64,000 bases of DNA from Azolla caroliniana (Eukaryota; Plantae; Polypodiophyta). Positions within the stretch are counted from its first letter, which is position 1. Each line of letters begins with the position of its first letter. Under the pieces are notes generated by a model. It saw only the letters and a program-made list of their open reading frames with translations, searched no databases and was not told the DNA's origin. The position numbers were made by a program, and so were the translations under genes. The DNA is taken from assembly GCA_043228905.1 (NCBI GenBank), contig JBHGNT010000018.1, positions 7,192,001 to 7,256,000 on the forward strand. Reading direction: 5' to 3'. Positions 1-10,984 of the stretch are shown here, in pieces.

Positions 1-671
1 CTTGTACCTCCACGTAGCCAAACCTCAACTTTACCATTATGCTACCTTATCTTTAGTGTTCTATAAAGAAATAGATTTAATAAGTATAAGTGCTTTATTT
101 GCGCCTACCTTTATTAAAAAGGTAAATCATGCATTTTTAGAGTGCGTGAATATTTTATAGAAAAACGCAAGCAACTAAAAAGTGACTCATGCACATCTAG
201 CGTGCATGAGCACTATATTTAGCAAATAAAAGCAAGGATTAGAAAAGCATCACATGCACATTTAGTGTGCATGAACGTATTAGAAAAAAAGCATGTAGCT
301 ATGCTTAGTCTCTCCCATCACTACATAAGGATGGGGAGCACAATGTAATAGGTGTGTGAAATATTTGGAAATTGGATATATTTCCGAAAACACCAACCGA
401 TTAATATAATCGTGGGATTCACGAAAATAATATAATCTATACTTGTGGGATTCACAAGTTTCTTATATCTTTCTTTCAATCTAAATACATATTCTTATCT
501 AAATATTGATTAATCGAATACAATACACTCGTGGGATTCACGAAATTTCTATCTCTCTTTCTAATAATCTATTCATTACTAGCCTCATCTCATATTCTTC
601 TTTCTCCTAGTCCAAAACCTCGGCGGTTCCCACCCGACTCACGCAACGATCCGGAGCCGAAAGGCACGACA
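1..671 (+). repeat. 5' LTR of element A (partial)
   Basis: Near-identical to 2866-3536; ends ...GGCACGACA. Confidence 0.95.
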
Positions 672-675
672 CAGT

Positions 676-693
676 TGGTGAACCCGACGTGAA
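676..693 (+). promoter_or_regulatory. PBS complementary to tRNA-Trp 3' end
   Basis: TGGTGAACCCGACGTGAA, 4 nt after the LTR. It is the reverse complement of the plant tRNA-Trp(CCA) end TTCACGTCGGGTTCACCA, and the same 18-mer occurs in element B. Confidence 0.88.
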
Positions 694-709
694 GGCGGGT
701 GGCAGGGAG

Positions 710-2443
710 ATGGAGAATCAACAAGAGGCAATGAGCATAATGATGATGATGATGTTCGAGCGGATGCTACAAGAACAACGAGTGATGTCGGAGATCACGG
801 GGGCAGTAAAGCGGCTCGTACAACGAAACAGACAATTCAACGGAAACGATGTGTCACGCTATCTATGTGACTACAAGGCGGAGATGATACGATGTGGGAT
901 ACCGGAAGGATTGCAAGTGACATCCTTCAATCGGGTGGCCACGGATGAGCTACAAGAGAGAATCCACAAGATACGGCAACAAAACTCGACATGGGGGTCA
1001 TTCGAAGAAGCTTTACGAGAGGCATATGATTACAAGAGATCAAAGGGACAAGATCGGCGAAAATTCGACGAATGGGTGGCATCGGAGAAGACCCACCGAA
1101 GTGCAACACAAGCATTCCTAGAGTTCGAGCATCGTCTTGCTCAACTCTCGGAGCGGGAACAACGGTTGGTGGGGGAGGATAAAGTCCTAATGTTCGTAAA
1201 ATCGATCGATCGAAAAGAAAGGATGGACATCGGGATCGAACTCGAAGACGATGACGGTACGAATGGTCTTACCGAAAATTGGGCCGAAGTCCAAAGGGTA
1301 TGCCGGAGACATGATGAGAGGAAGATGAGAATCTTGTCAACGACATGGCTGATGAAGGATGGTCGATTGAAGACAAACGATGGAGCCGATATGAAGGCCG
1401 AAATACAACATGATGGTGCGATGAAAGAGGGTGTAAAACAAGCTACCCTCTTGTCTTGCGAAAGAACAACGACGAAGGATAAGGCCGATAACCCAAGTGT
1501 AGAAGAAGATTTCAGAATACAAGTGATTGAAACATCGGGTGAAAAAGGGGTAAGCATAATTGATGCAGTGAAAGAGAGCAAGGAGGACTTGATTGAGGAG
1601 GTCGCCACGAAAGATGACATCGAATCGAAGGTGGCTATGGACGAATCAACGAAGGATGGCCATATCGAGACTTCCCCACCACTAATTCTAGAGACTCCGG
1701 CGGTTGCGTTCGAAAGGCAACGTGAGACCGAAGAGACGGAAGGTGGCGGAGAGAAAACAAAGGTCGAAGTCGATGCATACGACGGAGAGATAGCCGAGAA
1801 TATGGCTATGGGTGAAACAACGGAGGATGATAATACCGAGGATTCCTACCCACTAATTCTAGAGACTTCGGCAGTTGTGTCCGAGAACCAACGTGAGACC
1901 GGAGAGACGGGAGGTGGCAGCAAGAAAGGTAAAGTCGGAAGCCGGTTTGGATGGAAGGTGATCCGGACGGGATTCCGATCCGAAAGAAAGCCGAACCGGG
2001 TAAAAGAGGATTCGACCAAAAGTCGACCCGAAAGAAAGCCGAACCGAAAGGAAGAGAATTCGGCCGAAAGACGACACAAACGAAAGCCGAACCGGGCGAA
2101 TGAGGATTCGGCCGAAAGACGACCCGAAAGAAAGCCGACCCGAAAAGGGGTCGACTCTGTCAAAACCGATCGACTGAGTCGGACTTGGCTGAACGCGAAT
2201 ATGGATGGAAGCCGACCTAGCCGAAAGCCGATCGGACAGAAGCTACTCCGACTCAATCGCAGGTTGGACCGATCAAGGCTGGTGAAAACGAGGAAAAGAA
2301 AGCCAACCGAAACCGAAACCGATAGATCGAAACCGAGCCGGAAGGAGACCAACTCAATCGAAACCGAACAACCGATTCCGATTCGGCCGAATACGAATCC
2401 GATCGGAAGCCGATCAAACCGAAAGTCGATCGGACGAGAGTGA
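710..2443 (+). CDS. gag: Gag-like protein with long acidic/basic low-complexity extension; in-frame continuation after TGA to 2755
   Basis: N-terminal FNGNDVSRYL...WGSFEEALREAY helical Gag-like region, homologous to ORF 47327-49423. First ATG at 710. ORF 2462-2755 is in the same frame. Confidence 0.75.
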   Translation: MENQQEAMSIMMMMMFERMLQEQRVMSEITGAVKRLVQRNRQFNGNDVSRYLCDYKAEMIRCGIPEGLQVTSFNRVATDELQERIHKIRQQNSTWGSFEEALREAYDYKRSKGQDRRKFDEWVASEKTHRSATQAFLEFEHRLAQLSEREQRLVGEDKVLMFVKSIDRKERMDIGIELEDDDGTNGLTENWAEVQRVCRRHDERKMRILSTTWLMKDGRLKTNDGADMKAEIQHDGAMKEGVKQATLLSCERTTTKDKADNPSVEEDFRIQVIETSGEKGVSIIDAVKESKEDLIEEVATKDDIESKVAMDESTKDGHIETSPPLILETPAVAFERQRETEETEGGGEKTKVEVDAYDGEIAENMAMGETTEDDNTEDSYPLILETSAVVSENQRETGETGGGSKKGKVGSRFGWKVIRTGFRSERKPNRVKEDSTKSRPERKPNRKEENSAERRHKRKPNRANEDSAERRPERKPTRKGVDSVKTDRLSRTWLNANMDGSRPSRKPIGQKLLRLNRRLDRSRLVKTRKRKPTETETDRSKPSRKETNSIETEQPIPIRPNTNPIGSRSNRKSIGRE

Positions 2444-2707
2444 TCCGGAAAAAAGTCAAGGTTGATGAAGACAAGAAAGAGGCCAGTAAAAGACACTACC
2501 ACGAATGACAAGGGCCAAGAATATGACGAGAGAGAACAAAGAATATGGTGGATCGGATGGCGACAATGGTTCGGGTGGAAAGAATGGGTCTACTCAAAAT
2601 GGAGAGACAAAGTTGACGTAGCGGGACAAACAGAGGATGAAGGGAAGACAACGAGCATCGGCAACTTCGGCACATACCGGAGGATGTGCGGGTTCGGAGG
2701 GGGCGAG

Positions 2708-3536
2708 TGTCGTAGTGTATTTCGTACACTACGTGAAAAAGTAAAAATAATATAACCGATTTAATTACATATAAATAAATAAAATAAGAATATTAAGATA
2801 TTTATCACCAATAAATAAAATAAGAATATCAAGATATTTATCACATGCAAGGGCAAGATTCGAACCTTGTACCTCCACGTAGCCAAACCTCAACTTTACC
2901 ATTATGCTACCTTATCTTTAGTGTTCTATAAAGAAATAGATTTAATAAGTATAAGTGCTTTATTTGCGCCTACCTTTATTAAAAAGGTAAATCATGCATT
3001 TTTAGAGTGCGTGAATATTTTATAGAAAAACGCAAGCAACTAAAAAGTGACTCATGCACATCTAGCGTGCATGAGCACTATATTTAGCAAATAAAAGCAA
3101 GGATTAGAAAAGCATCACATGCACATTTAGTGTGCATGAACGTATTAGGAAAAAAGCATGTAGCTATGCTTAGTCTCTCCCATCACTACATAAGGATGGG
3201 GAGCACAATGTAATAGGTGTGTGAAATATTTGGAAATTGGATATATTTCCGAAAACACCAACCGATTAATATAATCGTGGGATTCACGAAAATAATATAA
3301 TCTATACTTGTGGGATTCACAAGTTTCTTATATCTTTCTTTCAATCTAAATACATATTCTTATCTAAATATTGATTAATCGAATACAATACACTCGTGGG
3401 ATTCACGAAATTTCTATCTCTCTTTCTAATAATCTATTCATTACTAGCCTCATCTCATATTCTTCTTTCTCCTAGTCCAAAACCTCGGCGGTTCCCACCC
3501 GACTCACGCAACGATCCGGAGCCGAAAGGCACGACA
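2708..3536 (+). repeat. 3' LTR of element A (829 bp)
   Basis: TGTCGTAG...CACGACA, preceded by GGAGGGGGCGAG PPT. Confidence 0.95.
2846..2916 (-). promoter_or_regulatory. tRNA-like Pol III type-2 promoter cassette (A box + B box) in U3 of LTR A, antisense
   Basis: Minus strand TAGCATAATGG (2909-2899, matches TRGCNNARYGG), 32 nt, then GGTTCGAATC (2866-2857). Confidence 0.65.
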
Positions 3537-4252
3537 ACGTGCACGAAACTTCACGACAACGTGATAAAATGTTCTTACTATGCTTACAATGTGGAATAAA
3601 TCCAAAACAATTGAATCCAAATCCCGATTATCCATATCTCTTCCATTCAACAATATTGCTCGTATGCACTCCACATGGATAGACAATTGCAATAAAAACA
3701 CATGAACATTGTCTTGGTGGCTTGTTATTCGACAGGAATGTCCCTTCAAATATTAACCAAAAGATTTATTCCATATGTGCTTTATTAGTTTTATGGGAAA
3801 AGTTTATGCTAAATATATTTTCTCTCATCAATGGACTTATTGTTGATTGCTATTTTCCCATTATATTACATGAGTTTCGGATACTACAAGTCATTCATTT
3901 TGTCTTGGCCCTCGAAATTATTTCTCTATGATATTGTGGTGTGCATGTGTTCCTTTGTGTCACCCTTTTAGCACACCGTTTTTAGGATGCATGTACCTAA
4001 GCGGACCCACCCTTTTAGCACACCCTTTTTAGCTAAGCCAACCCAAATGGGTACCTTTGTATGAACTATAAATTGAGTAAGAAGTAAGAAGATAACTAGG
4101 ATGGTTTTGATCTCTTATATGCATTTCACATATTGGTGGAGATGTGGGGTACCAGTCCCCCACATCCAATCATCCAACCACCTCTTCCCCCTCACCTTAG
4201 GTGGCCCGCTAACTTCTTGTCCCACGAGTTTCCCCAATCCCCCTTCCACACA

Positions 4253-4665
4253 ATAGCCCTCATGTCCCCCACCTCAATAAAGTCCAAGTGGCCCTCAATC
4301 CACAGGAGCGATTGATCTCTATCCGCCTATAGCCCTCATGTCCCCCACCTTAGCCAAGTCCAGGTGGTCCTCAGTCCACAAGAGCAATTGATCTCTATCC
4401 GCCTATAGCTCTCCTGTCCCCCACCTCAGCCAAGTCAAAGTGGCCCTCAGTCCATAGGAGTGATTGATCTCCATCCGCATATAGCTCTCTCGTTCCCCAC
4501 CTTAGCCAAGTCCAGGTGGCCCTCAGTCCATAGTAACGATTGATCTTTATTCGCCAATTGCTAGCTCGTACAGGATAACCCTCCTGTCCTCCACCTCAGC
4601 CAAGTTCAGGTGGCCCTCAGTCCACAGGAGTGATTGATATTTATCCCCCAATTGCTAGCTCGTTT
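4253..4665 (+). repeat. 76-bp tandem repeat (~5 copies) inside element L
   Basis: Unit atagccctcatgtcccccacct...gattgatctctatccgcct starts at 4253, 4329, 4405 and 4481, then degenerates. Confidence 0.9.
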
Positions 4666-4699
4666 TCCATCACTAGCCCCGTCCAACTATCAGGGCCGA

Positions 4700-5060
4700 T
4701 AGTTTTGCGGGGATGTCCTCAACGTCGTTGCAGCTCAACTTGGTGCCCAACTGATGTTTATGTCCCCATATCATCCTCTGACAAATGACCTCATCGAATG
4801 CCTCAACAAGACCCTCAAGAAGGAGATTTCCGCTTACATTGATCCATGCCACAAAACCTGGGATCAAATCTTGCCTTTCGTCACCCACGCCTACAATACA
4901 TCCGTACATGCGTCGAAATGGATCAACCCTTTTTCGAGCACTCTATTGGCGTAACCCTCGCTTCCCACTAGAATCGTCCATTGATGTCCATTCGAAACCT
5001 GCCAACATGGATAATGCCACTTCGGAGCTCTATCTCCAACAGATGCTCCCCCTCTTTCAA
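4700..5060 (+). pseudogene. Gypsy integrase fragment (end of catalytic core)
   Basis: SPYHPLTNDLIECLNKTLK...WDQILPFVTHAYNTSVHAS...FRALYWRNP across frameshifts. Confidence 0.8.
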
Positions 5061-8000
5061 CAAGCCACTACTCATGTTCTTGCTCCTCAGTGTCTTGTTT
5101 CTCTCAGGGGGGAAATGTGGTGTGCATGTGTTCCTTTGTGCCACCCTTTTAGCACACCCTTTTTCTCTAAGCCAACCCAAATGGGTACCTTTGTATGAAC
5201 TATAACTTGAGTAAGAAGTAAGAAGCTAATTAGGATGGTTTTGATCTCTTATCTGCATTTCACAACATAGAAATAATGGGAGAAATATGCAATGCTTTGA
5301 TTTACCTTGTTTTCATGGAATCATCATCTTCATGTGGCATAGCCACATGTATGATTGATTCATGTTCTTATTTTAGAAGAACCGCTCACATTGTCATAAA
5401 TTCTTACACACAACATGAACCACCCAAGTTGATTTAGTGCTTGGTCAAACTACACTTTCATGTGGGAGTGCCAAGTTCCAACCTTTATGAGAGAACCATG
5501 TAATTCCCTAAATAGGACCACTACTGTGGACACAACTTAATAAACAAGGTGAGATGTGAATACTCACTCTCAAATATCTACATAAGTAGGTGCCACTTCG
5601 TAATTTGAATTATCATAGTAGTTGACATTATTATCATCTTAATTCCTTAATCATTTCAGGGAAATTATAATATCATGAATTTGCTATCTCATAATCCTTC
5701 ATTGTTATGTCACATGTGTGAGGACCTAAATATTGCCAACATGATAACTATACATTTGCATGAGGTCTAGGGGTCAATGTAAAGCATCAATGTGTGAATC
5801 CTAGGAAAAAGCTAAGGCAAGGGGAAAATAACAATACATTGGACAATTGGGTGATAAGTGTCATGTTATAATGACTAAGTTGCAAAGTCATCATAATAAT
5901 AGTATGAGAGGTTGCTTTTTTGTTAAAAGGAGGAGAGGTTTTCCTTTAGGAACTTTTTCAGTTCACTCATATTAAATGAAAAGAACATTTTATTACATAT
6001 CCCATTTACCTTCACTTCCTTGATTCTCTTCTACTCATTATCATTGATTTTGTGCATACCCTTTTGTTCATCTCGATAAATTTTACAATCTATAGGGGCT
6101 CAACGTGGAAAGTCATACATCAACATAAAGGACTATATTAAGTTTACATATATTCGGAGTTGTTGTTAGAAAACTTTAATAAAGGGAGATTGAGACATTA
6201 TTTCCATGTGGTAAGATTCTTTGTGACATAAGCTCAAAGCACATCCTTAAGAATGTGATTGATATGTTAGTTTGACTATTAGATTTAGGATAATCTAAGG
6301 AACTCACGCTCAAAGTAAAAATAACTTAGACGAGTTAAAATTAGGGATTGTTAAGCAATGAAATAAGTATAATTAGGAATATATTTCTATGTGTGTGCAT
6401 GCATGAGGAGAGTTTTAAATAGGTTTTATTATCGTCTTTGGAGGTCAAATGTGATCAAGGAAGAACATCGTATCAAACCAAGTATGATCCTCCAACTCTC
6501 GAACTCATTTATTGTAAAATATGTATAATTAACTATTCTTATCACGTGTGCCCAACATTCCATCTCACATCAAAGCGAGTGTGTGCAAAGTCGTATGGAA
6601 GCAATGGTTTGGATGCAAACAATGGTTAGTCTCTAATATGTGTTGCTGTGTTATTTTCCTGTTTGGCGAAGAATATGGTTTCGTACATGAGGTGCAACAT
6701 ATATAGTGTATGTGATGCATGAGGTTCTACATTTTTTTCTATGCCATGATACATTGGCATTTCAAAAGGCCCCATACACAGAGGAAACCATTGTGGCATC
6801 ATGAAGCTAGTGTGTTGTATCCCCTCTTCGAAACTCAAATTGTATCTATTTAGAACACAAAATTTTGCTTCTAAATGTCTTTTGACTCTTCTTGCTTGCT
6901 TCCCATGTGATTCTAGGAAATCTACATGATGGACTTGTTTAAATTTTAAGCATGAACCCAACAACCCTTTCCATGACCATGATCTCAATGTTAAGTAGGA
7001 GGGTTTAGGGCATTTGTTCACTTAACTTGAACAAACTTTGTAAGAAAATATTTTTGGTATTTTTAAACTCTTTCCAAGTGGACTTAAGGATGCTACCACT
7101 CCATATTCCCACCCCATAAGGAGGCATTAGTGTCACCAAAGTGTCGAATATTTTTTGAGAAGTCAAGATTTAATTTTTCTATCATCATATAATATGCTAT
7201 CTTTCCTGCTTGTAAGTGGTAGGTACATAGAGTTATTCCTTCAGTTCCAACGATGCTCACAAGGTACCATATCCAAAGCTTTCTTGAAATATATGAAGAT
7301 ACCATACAGAGTGCATACCACTGAAGCAACTCTATTCCATTGATCTTGAAGGGTGATAAGTTTATCGATGTTCTATGGTGTTTTCATAGGCTAGCTTGTT
7401 TGTAAGACCACTAAGTGGTTTTTTTTAGCCCAAATAGTTTTGCCATAAGAGAACTGACCATAATTGTTTACACTTTACATCTCCACCTTTATTTAAAATT
7501 TTTAATCTAATTTGTAGTTGCAATGGATGATTAAACATATCACTGATCAATGCATGTGTTTCCTTTCCCATTCATTTGAGCATTTCAACAAAGGCCAATT
7601 TCTTAAGCCCTATGCATACATATTCAATCATAAAGAAGGGAGATATATGAAAGAGAGAGAGGGAGCTCATTTTTTTGTTGCTCTCTCTATTGGTAACAAA
7701 ATTCTGCATAGAGAAAAGCATTGGGAATTTCTAAGAAAGAGCTTCATAATGAGATGTAGCACATTTAAAGAGATGTTCTATGAGGTTAGTAGCAAAAGGA
7801 ATCATGAACCCTACATTGCCATCTATGCACCTACTTGACACGAGTTGTGAGTTGAATATCATATTCTTCAATGTGTTTCTTCTTCTTCAATTAGGTAACT
7901 TGTTTTCTCTCTTATTCATGGAAAATATATTTTATCTTGTAGCGTCAAAATGACATCAAAGATAGAGAACATGAGCATGAATTCCTCACAATGTGTGTGT

Positions 8001-9930
8001 GTGTGTGTGTGCGTGTGGGGGGGAAGGAATTGATATGAAAATTATTTCTCCAAAAAGGAGCAATATTATGTTAGAATGTAATAGTTTAAATGATCAATTG
8101 GGGAGCTTTGAAAGGCTAAAGGGTGTAAAGGAAATCATTCAAAAAAATTGATATATGATGAGACAATACGTGTAGATGAAGGCCATAAGGATGATCCTAA
8201 CCAAAGTCATTTATGCGGTGTTGCCAATATCTTGTTGTCTAATATTATCGAGGAGGATAAGAATGAATCAAAATAATGCATTGATGAGGATGCCCATGAC
8301 GTGGAAATCACCAAAGAACATTGGCTATCATTATCTATGGTCGCAACAAAGTTTGGGACAATACTTGGGAACATGCTAACTCATTGATTGAGTCATAATG
8401 CTTCTTTCGCTGTGTCGGATGCAACTACATCTTCTGCTTTAGTTATCACAGTTTCATTGTACTCCAAAAGTCTAGATCTCCATGAGATTTCTCCATGTGC
8501 AAATTGGAAGAAATAGCTTGAAGGTTGATTTCCCATTGTCTAAGGAAACTGCAGAGTCAAATTTGTATGATGATTAAGTCAACTGTTCCAATTAAGGGTT
8601 TGTTGGGCTAAAATTGATGCTTAAGTCTTGTGTGCCAATCAAATATCTAAAGGTATGCTTCATTGAATTCTAGTGTGCTCGGCTTGGGATTTGCATAATT
8701 CTTCTTACTATACCAACTACATGCTTTAAGTTAGGTTGAGTTGTGACTGTTGCATTCAAGGTGCTTACTTTAAGCAACAGAGACTCTTCTTAATTAGTCG
8801 GCAAACTAGATGTTCAAGGATGGGTGATACAAAACCTTTTGGTTGCTCCATACCAAATTCCTCCTAAAGATGATCACCATTGGAGGAAGGTCATAGAGAA
8901 AGGTCCACATCTAGTTGAAGGAGTTGTAAGTCCTTGATAGCTACTAGCCCACACAAAAATTAGGGTTGTCATTTTTAGCACTTGTGAAACAATCTCATTG
9001 AAAATGATGCCATAGTCTAGTTTGGAACTCTTTGTAGCTGCAATGAACTTATACTTGGGATTGACTGAATCAGATGCATGCCAAAAGCCATAATATATAG
9101 ATTAGAGTGCTTTATCATAGCAATGGTTCTTTCTTGAATTGTTTGGTTCATGTGTTCAACTATGCCATTTTGCTCTGTGCTATAGAGTGTCATGAATTCA
9201 TGAATTGGATATTTCTTTGTTTGTAGAATATGAGGAATTCACCAAATTATACTCTCCCCCATATCAGATCATGGACATCTCAACTTTTGATGAGTTTGAT
9301 TCTCAACTAGTAAAGACTTTGTCTCTCGTTTTCACTAGATAGACCTAAACCTTCAATGTAGCATTATTGATGAACGTGGCAAAGCATGAGGAACCATTGA
9401 GAAATTGATGCAACATACTGCATAGATGTCTAAATGGACCAAATAAAGAAGTTTGATTCTCTTGGTATGCTAACCGAGTGAGGTGAGACTACATTTTTGT
9501 TGTATTGGCAATGCTCACAAAACTAATGGCCGGAATAGAAGAGATTTGGGCACTGGGATGTAACCTGACCGTGGATAGCTGCCATAATGAGAACACTAGA
9601 AGATTGGGCAAAAATATTCCTCTCTCCCATTAAGTGATATATTGAGAATGCAAGGTATATAGATTGGGTTCTTCAACAAGTAGGAGGGTCTCTTTGTAGA
9701 TCAACCACCCTCTCGATGAGAATCTTGTTCGGAGATAAACATTGTTGAATGATTAGATTGAGATTAAAGATAAACTCCAATCCAGGATGTCATGGAGACC
9801 CAAAGTAAAAACACTCGGAAGATTAAGTTTTACCTATCAAATGTTGATCATGACATAATGCTATAGATGTGGTCTTGAACCAACTCAAAATCCCTCGCAT
9901 GTGTCGGAATCAAGAAACCAATGTCATGAA

Positions 9931-10788
9931 TAGCAATGGGCCTGGTTCGGTTTCGGTTTGGTTTGGTTTCTTGGCCTTGAAACCAAACCAAACCAAACCA
10001 AACCAAACCAAACCAAACCATTTATTAATAAAAAAACCGAACCAAATTGTTTTAAAATTTATGAAGCCATTTAAACCGAACCGTTTAGAGCCGAACCGTT
10101 TAAAGCATAGGAGAAACCAAATCGTTTACGAAAAATTTAAAACCAAACCAAACTAGTTTATCATAAATCAAAACCAAACCAAACCAAACCATTTTTTATT
10201 GATATTAATCATTATACTTATTATAAATTTGTGTGAGAAAATCATCATAAATTTTGTCATCATACTTATTATAAAATTTGTCATCATACTTATCATAATT
10301 TTGGTCATTATACTTATCATAATTTTGGTCATTATACTTATCATAATTTTGGTCATCATACTAATCATAAATTTGATCATCATACTAATCATAAATTTGA
10401 TCATTATACTAATCATAAATTTGATCATCATACTTATAATAATTGATCATCATAAATGAAAAAGAGACTCTACATATAATACATATAAAATTTAATAAGT
10501 TAAAACAAGAGTTTAAAATTAAAAGTTGAAAGTTATAACTTCTAGAAAATATTTATGAGTATTTTTTAACCTATAAACCTATAAACCTTTAAACCTTTAA
10601 ATCGAACCACATAAACAAAAACGATAAGCCGCTAAGCCGCTCAATTCAAAAGCGAACCGAACCGAACCAAAACCGATTAGTAACATTTGAAACCAAACCA
10701 AACTGTTTAGTTGTCTTTGAACCTATAAACCGTTAAGCCACGGTTTTTCGGTTCGGTTCGGTTTGAGCCGAAACCGGGCCCATTGCTA
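9931..10788. mobile_element. Non-autonomous hAT DNA transposon (MITE), 858 bp
   Basis: TIRs TAGCAATGGGCCTGG / CCGGGCCCATTGCTA, perfect 8-bp TSD GTCATGAA (9923-9930, 10789-10796), subterminal AAACC/AACCG arrays. Confidence 0.93.
10200..10455. repeat. 24-bp AT-rich minisatellite inside the hAT MITE
   Basis: About 10 copies of cataattttggtcattatacttat. Confidence 0.9.
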
Positions 10789-10984
10789 GTCATGAACACA
10801 TGCAAACTAGTAGGTTTGTTTGTTGTAAGCTGAACTTTTTCTTCAATGGCACTGTCCAAAGTAAGGATGTTCAAACTTCACATCGATGGTATAATCATTA
10901 TCGGGTCACATTGACAAATGTTGTCGACAAAGGTTGATGCAACACGATTCCCCTCTTCCACCCATTTGTCTTGGTTGTTGGATT

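Larger units (their letters stand above)
1..3536 (+). mobile_element. Element A: young non-autonomous (Gag-only) LTR retrotransposon, tRNA-Trp primed; 5' end lies upstream of the window
   Basis: Positions 1-671 repeat at 2866-3536 (about 1 substitution seen). The full LTR has TGTCGT...ACGACA termini, with a PBS after the 5' LTR and a G-rich PPT before the 3' LTR. One long ORF and no RT, RNase H or integrase motifs. Confidence 0.93.
3935..5264 (+). mobile_element. Element L: 1.33 kb TRIM-like non-autonomous Gypsy derivative, tRNA-Ala primed
   Basis: LTRs 3935-4130 and 5116-5264 (TGTGG...TCACA). PBS TGGTGGAGATGTGGGGTA at 4134-4151 is 17/18 to tRNA-Ala. PPT AGGGGGGAAA. Flanks atat/acat. Confidence 0.88.

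Noticed and set aside
1141-2511. Long antisense ORFs in A (and 47918-49120 in B)
   Set aside because: Shadow frames of the purine-rich repetitive sense ORF, with no independent motif.
2846-2916. Functional tRNA gene
   Set aside because: Acceptor and anticodon stems do not pair convincingly; only the promoter boxes are retained.
5270-9900. Possible host gene in the AT-rich region
   Set aside because: Only short ORFs with no coherent exon structure. The few recognisable traces are decayed Copia.
10168-10459. Ile/Met-rich ORFs on both strands
   Set aside because: Translations of the 24-bp minisatellite in the MITE.
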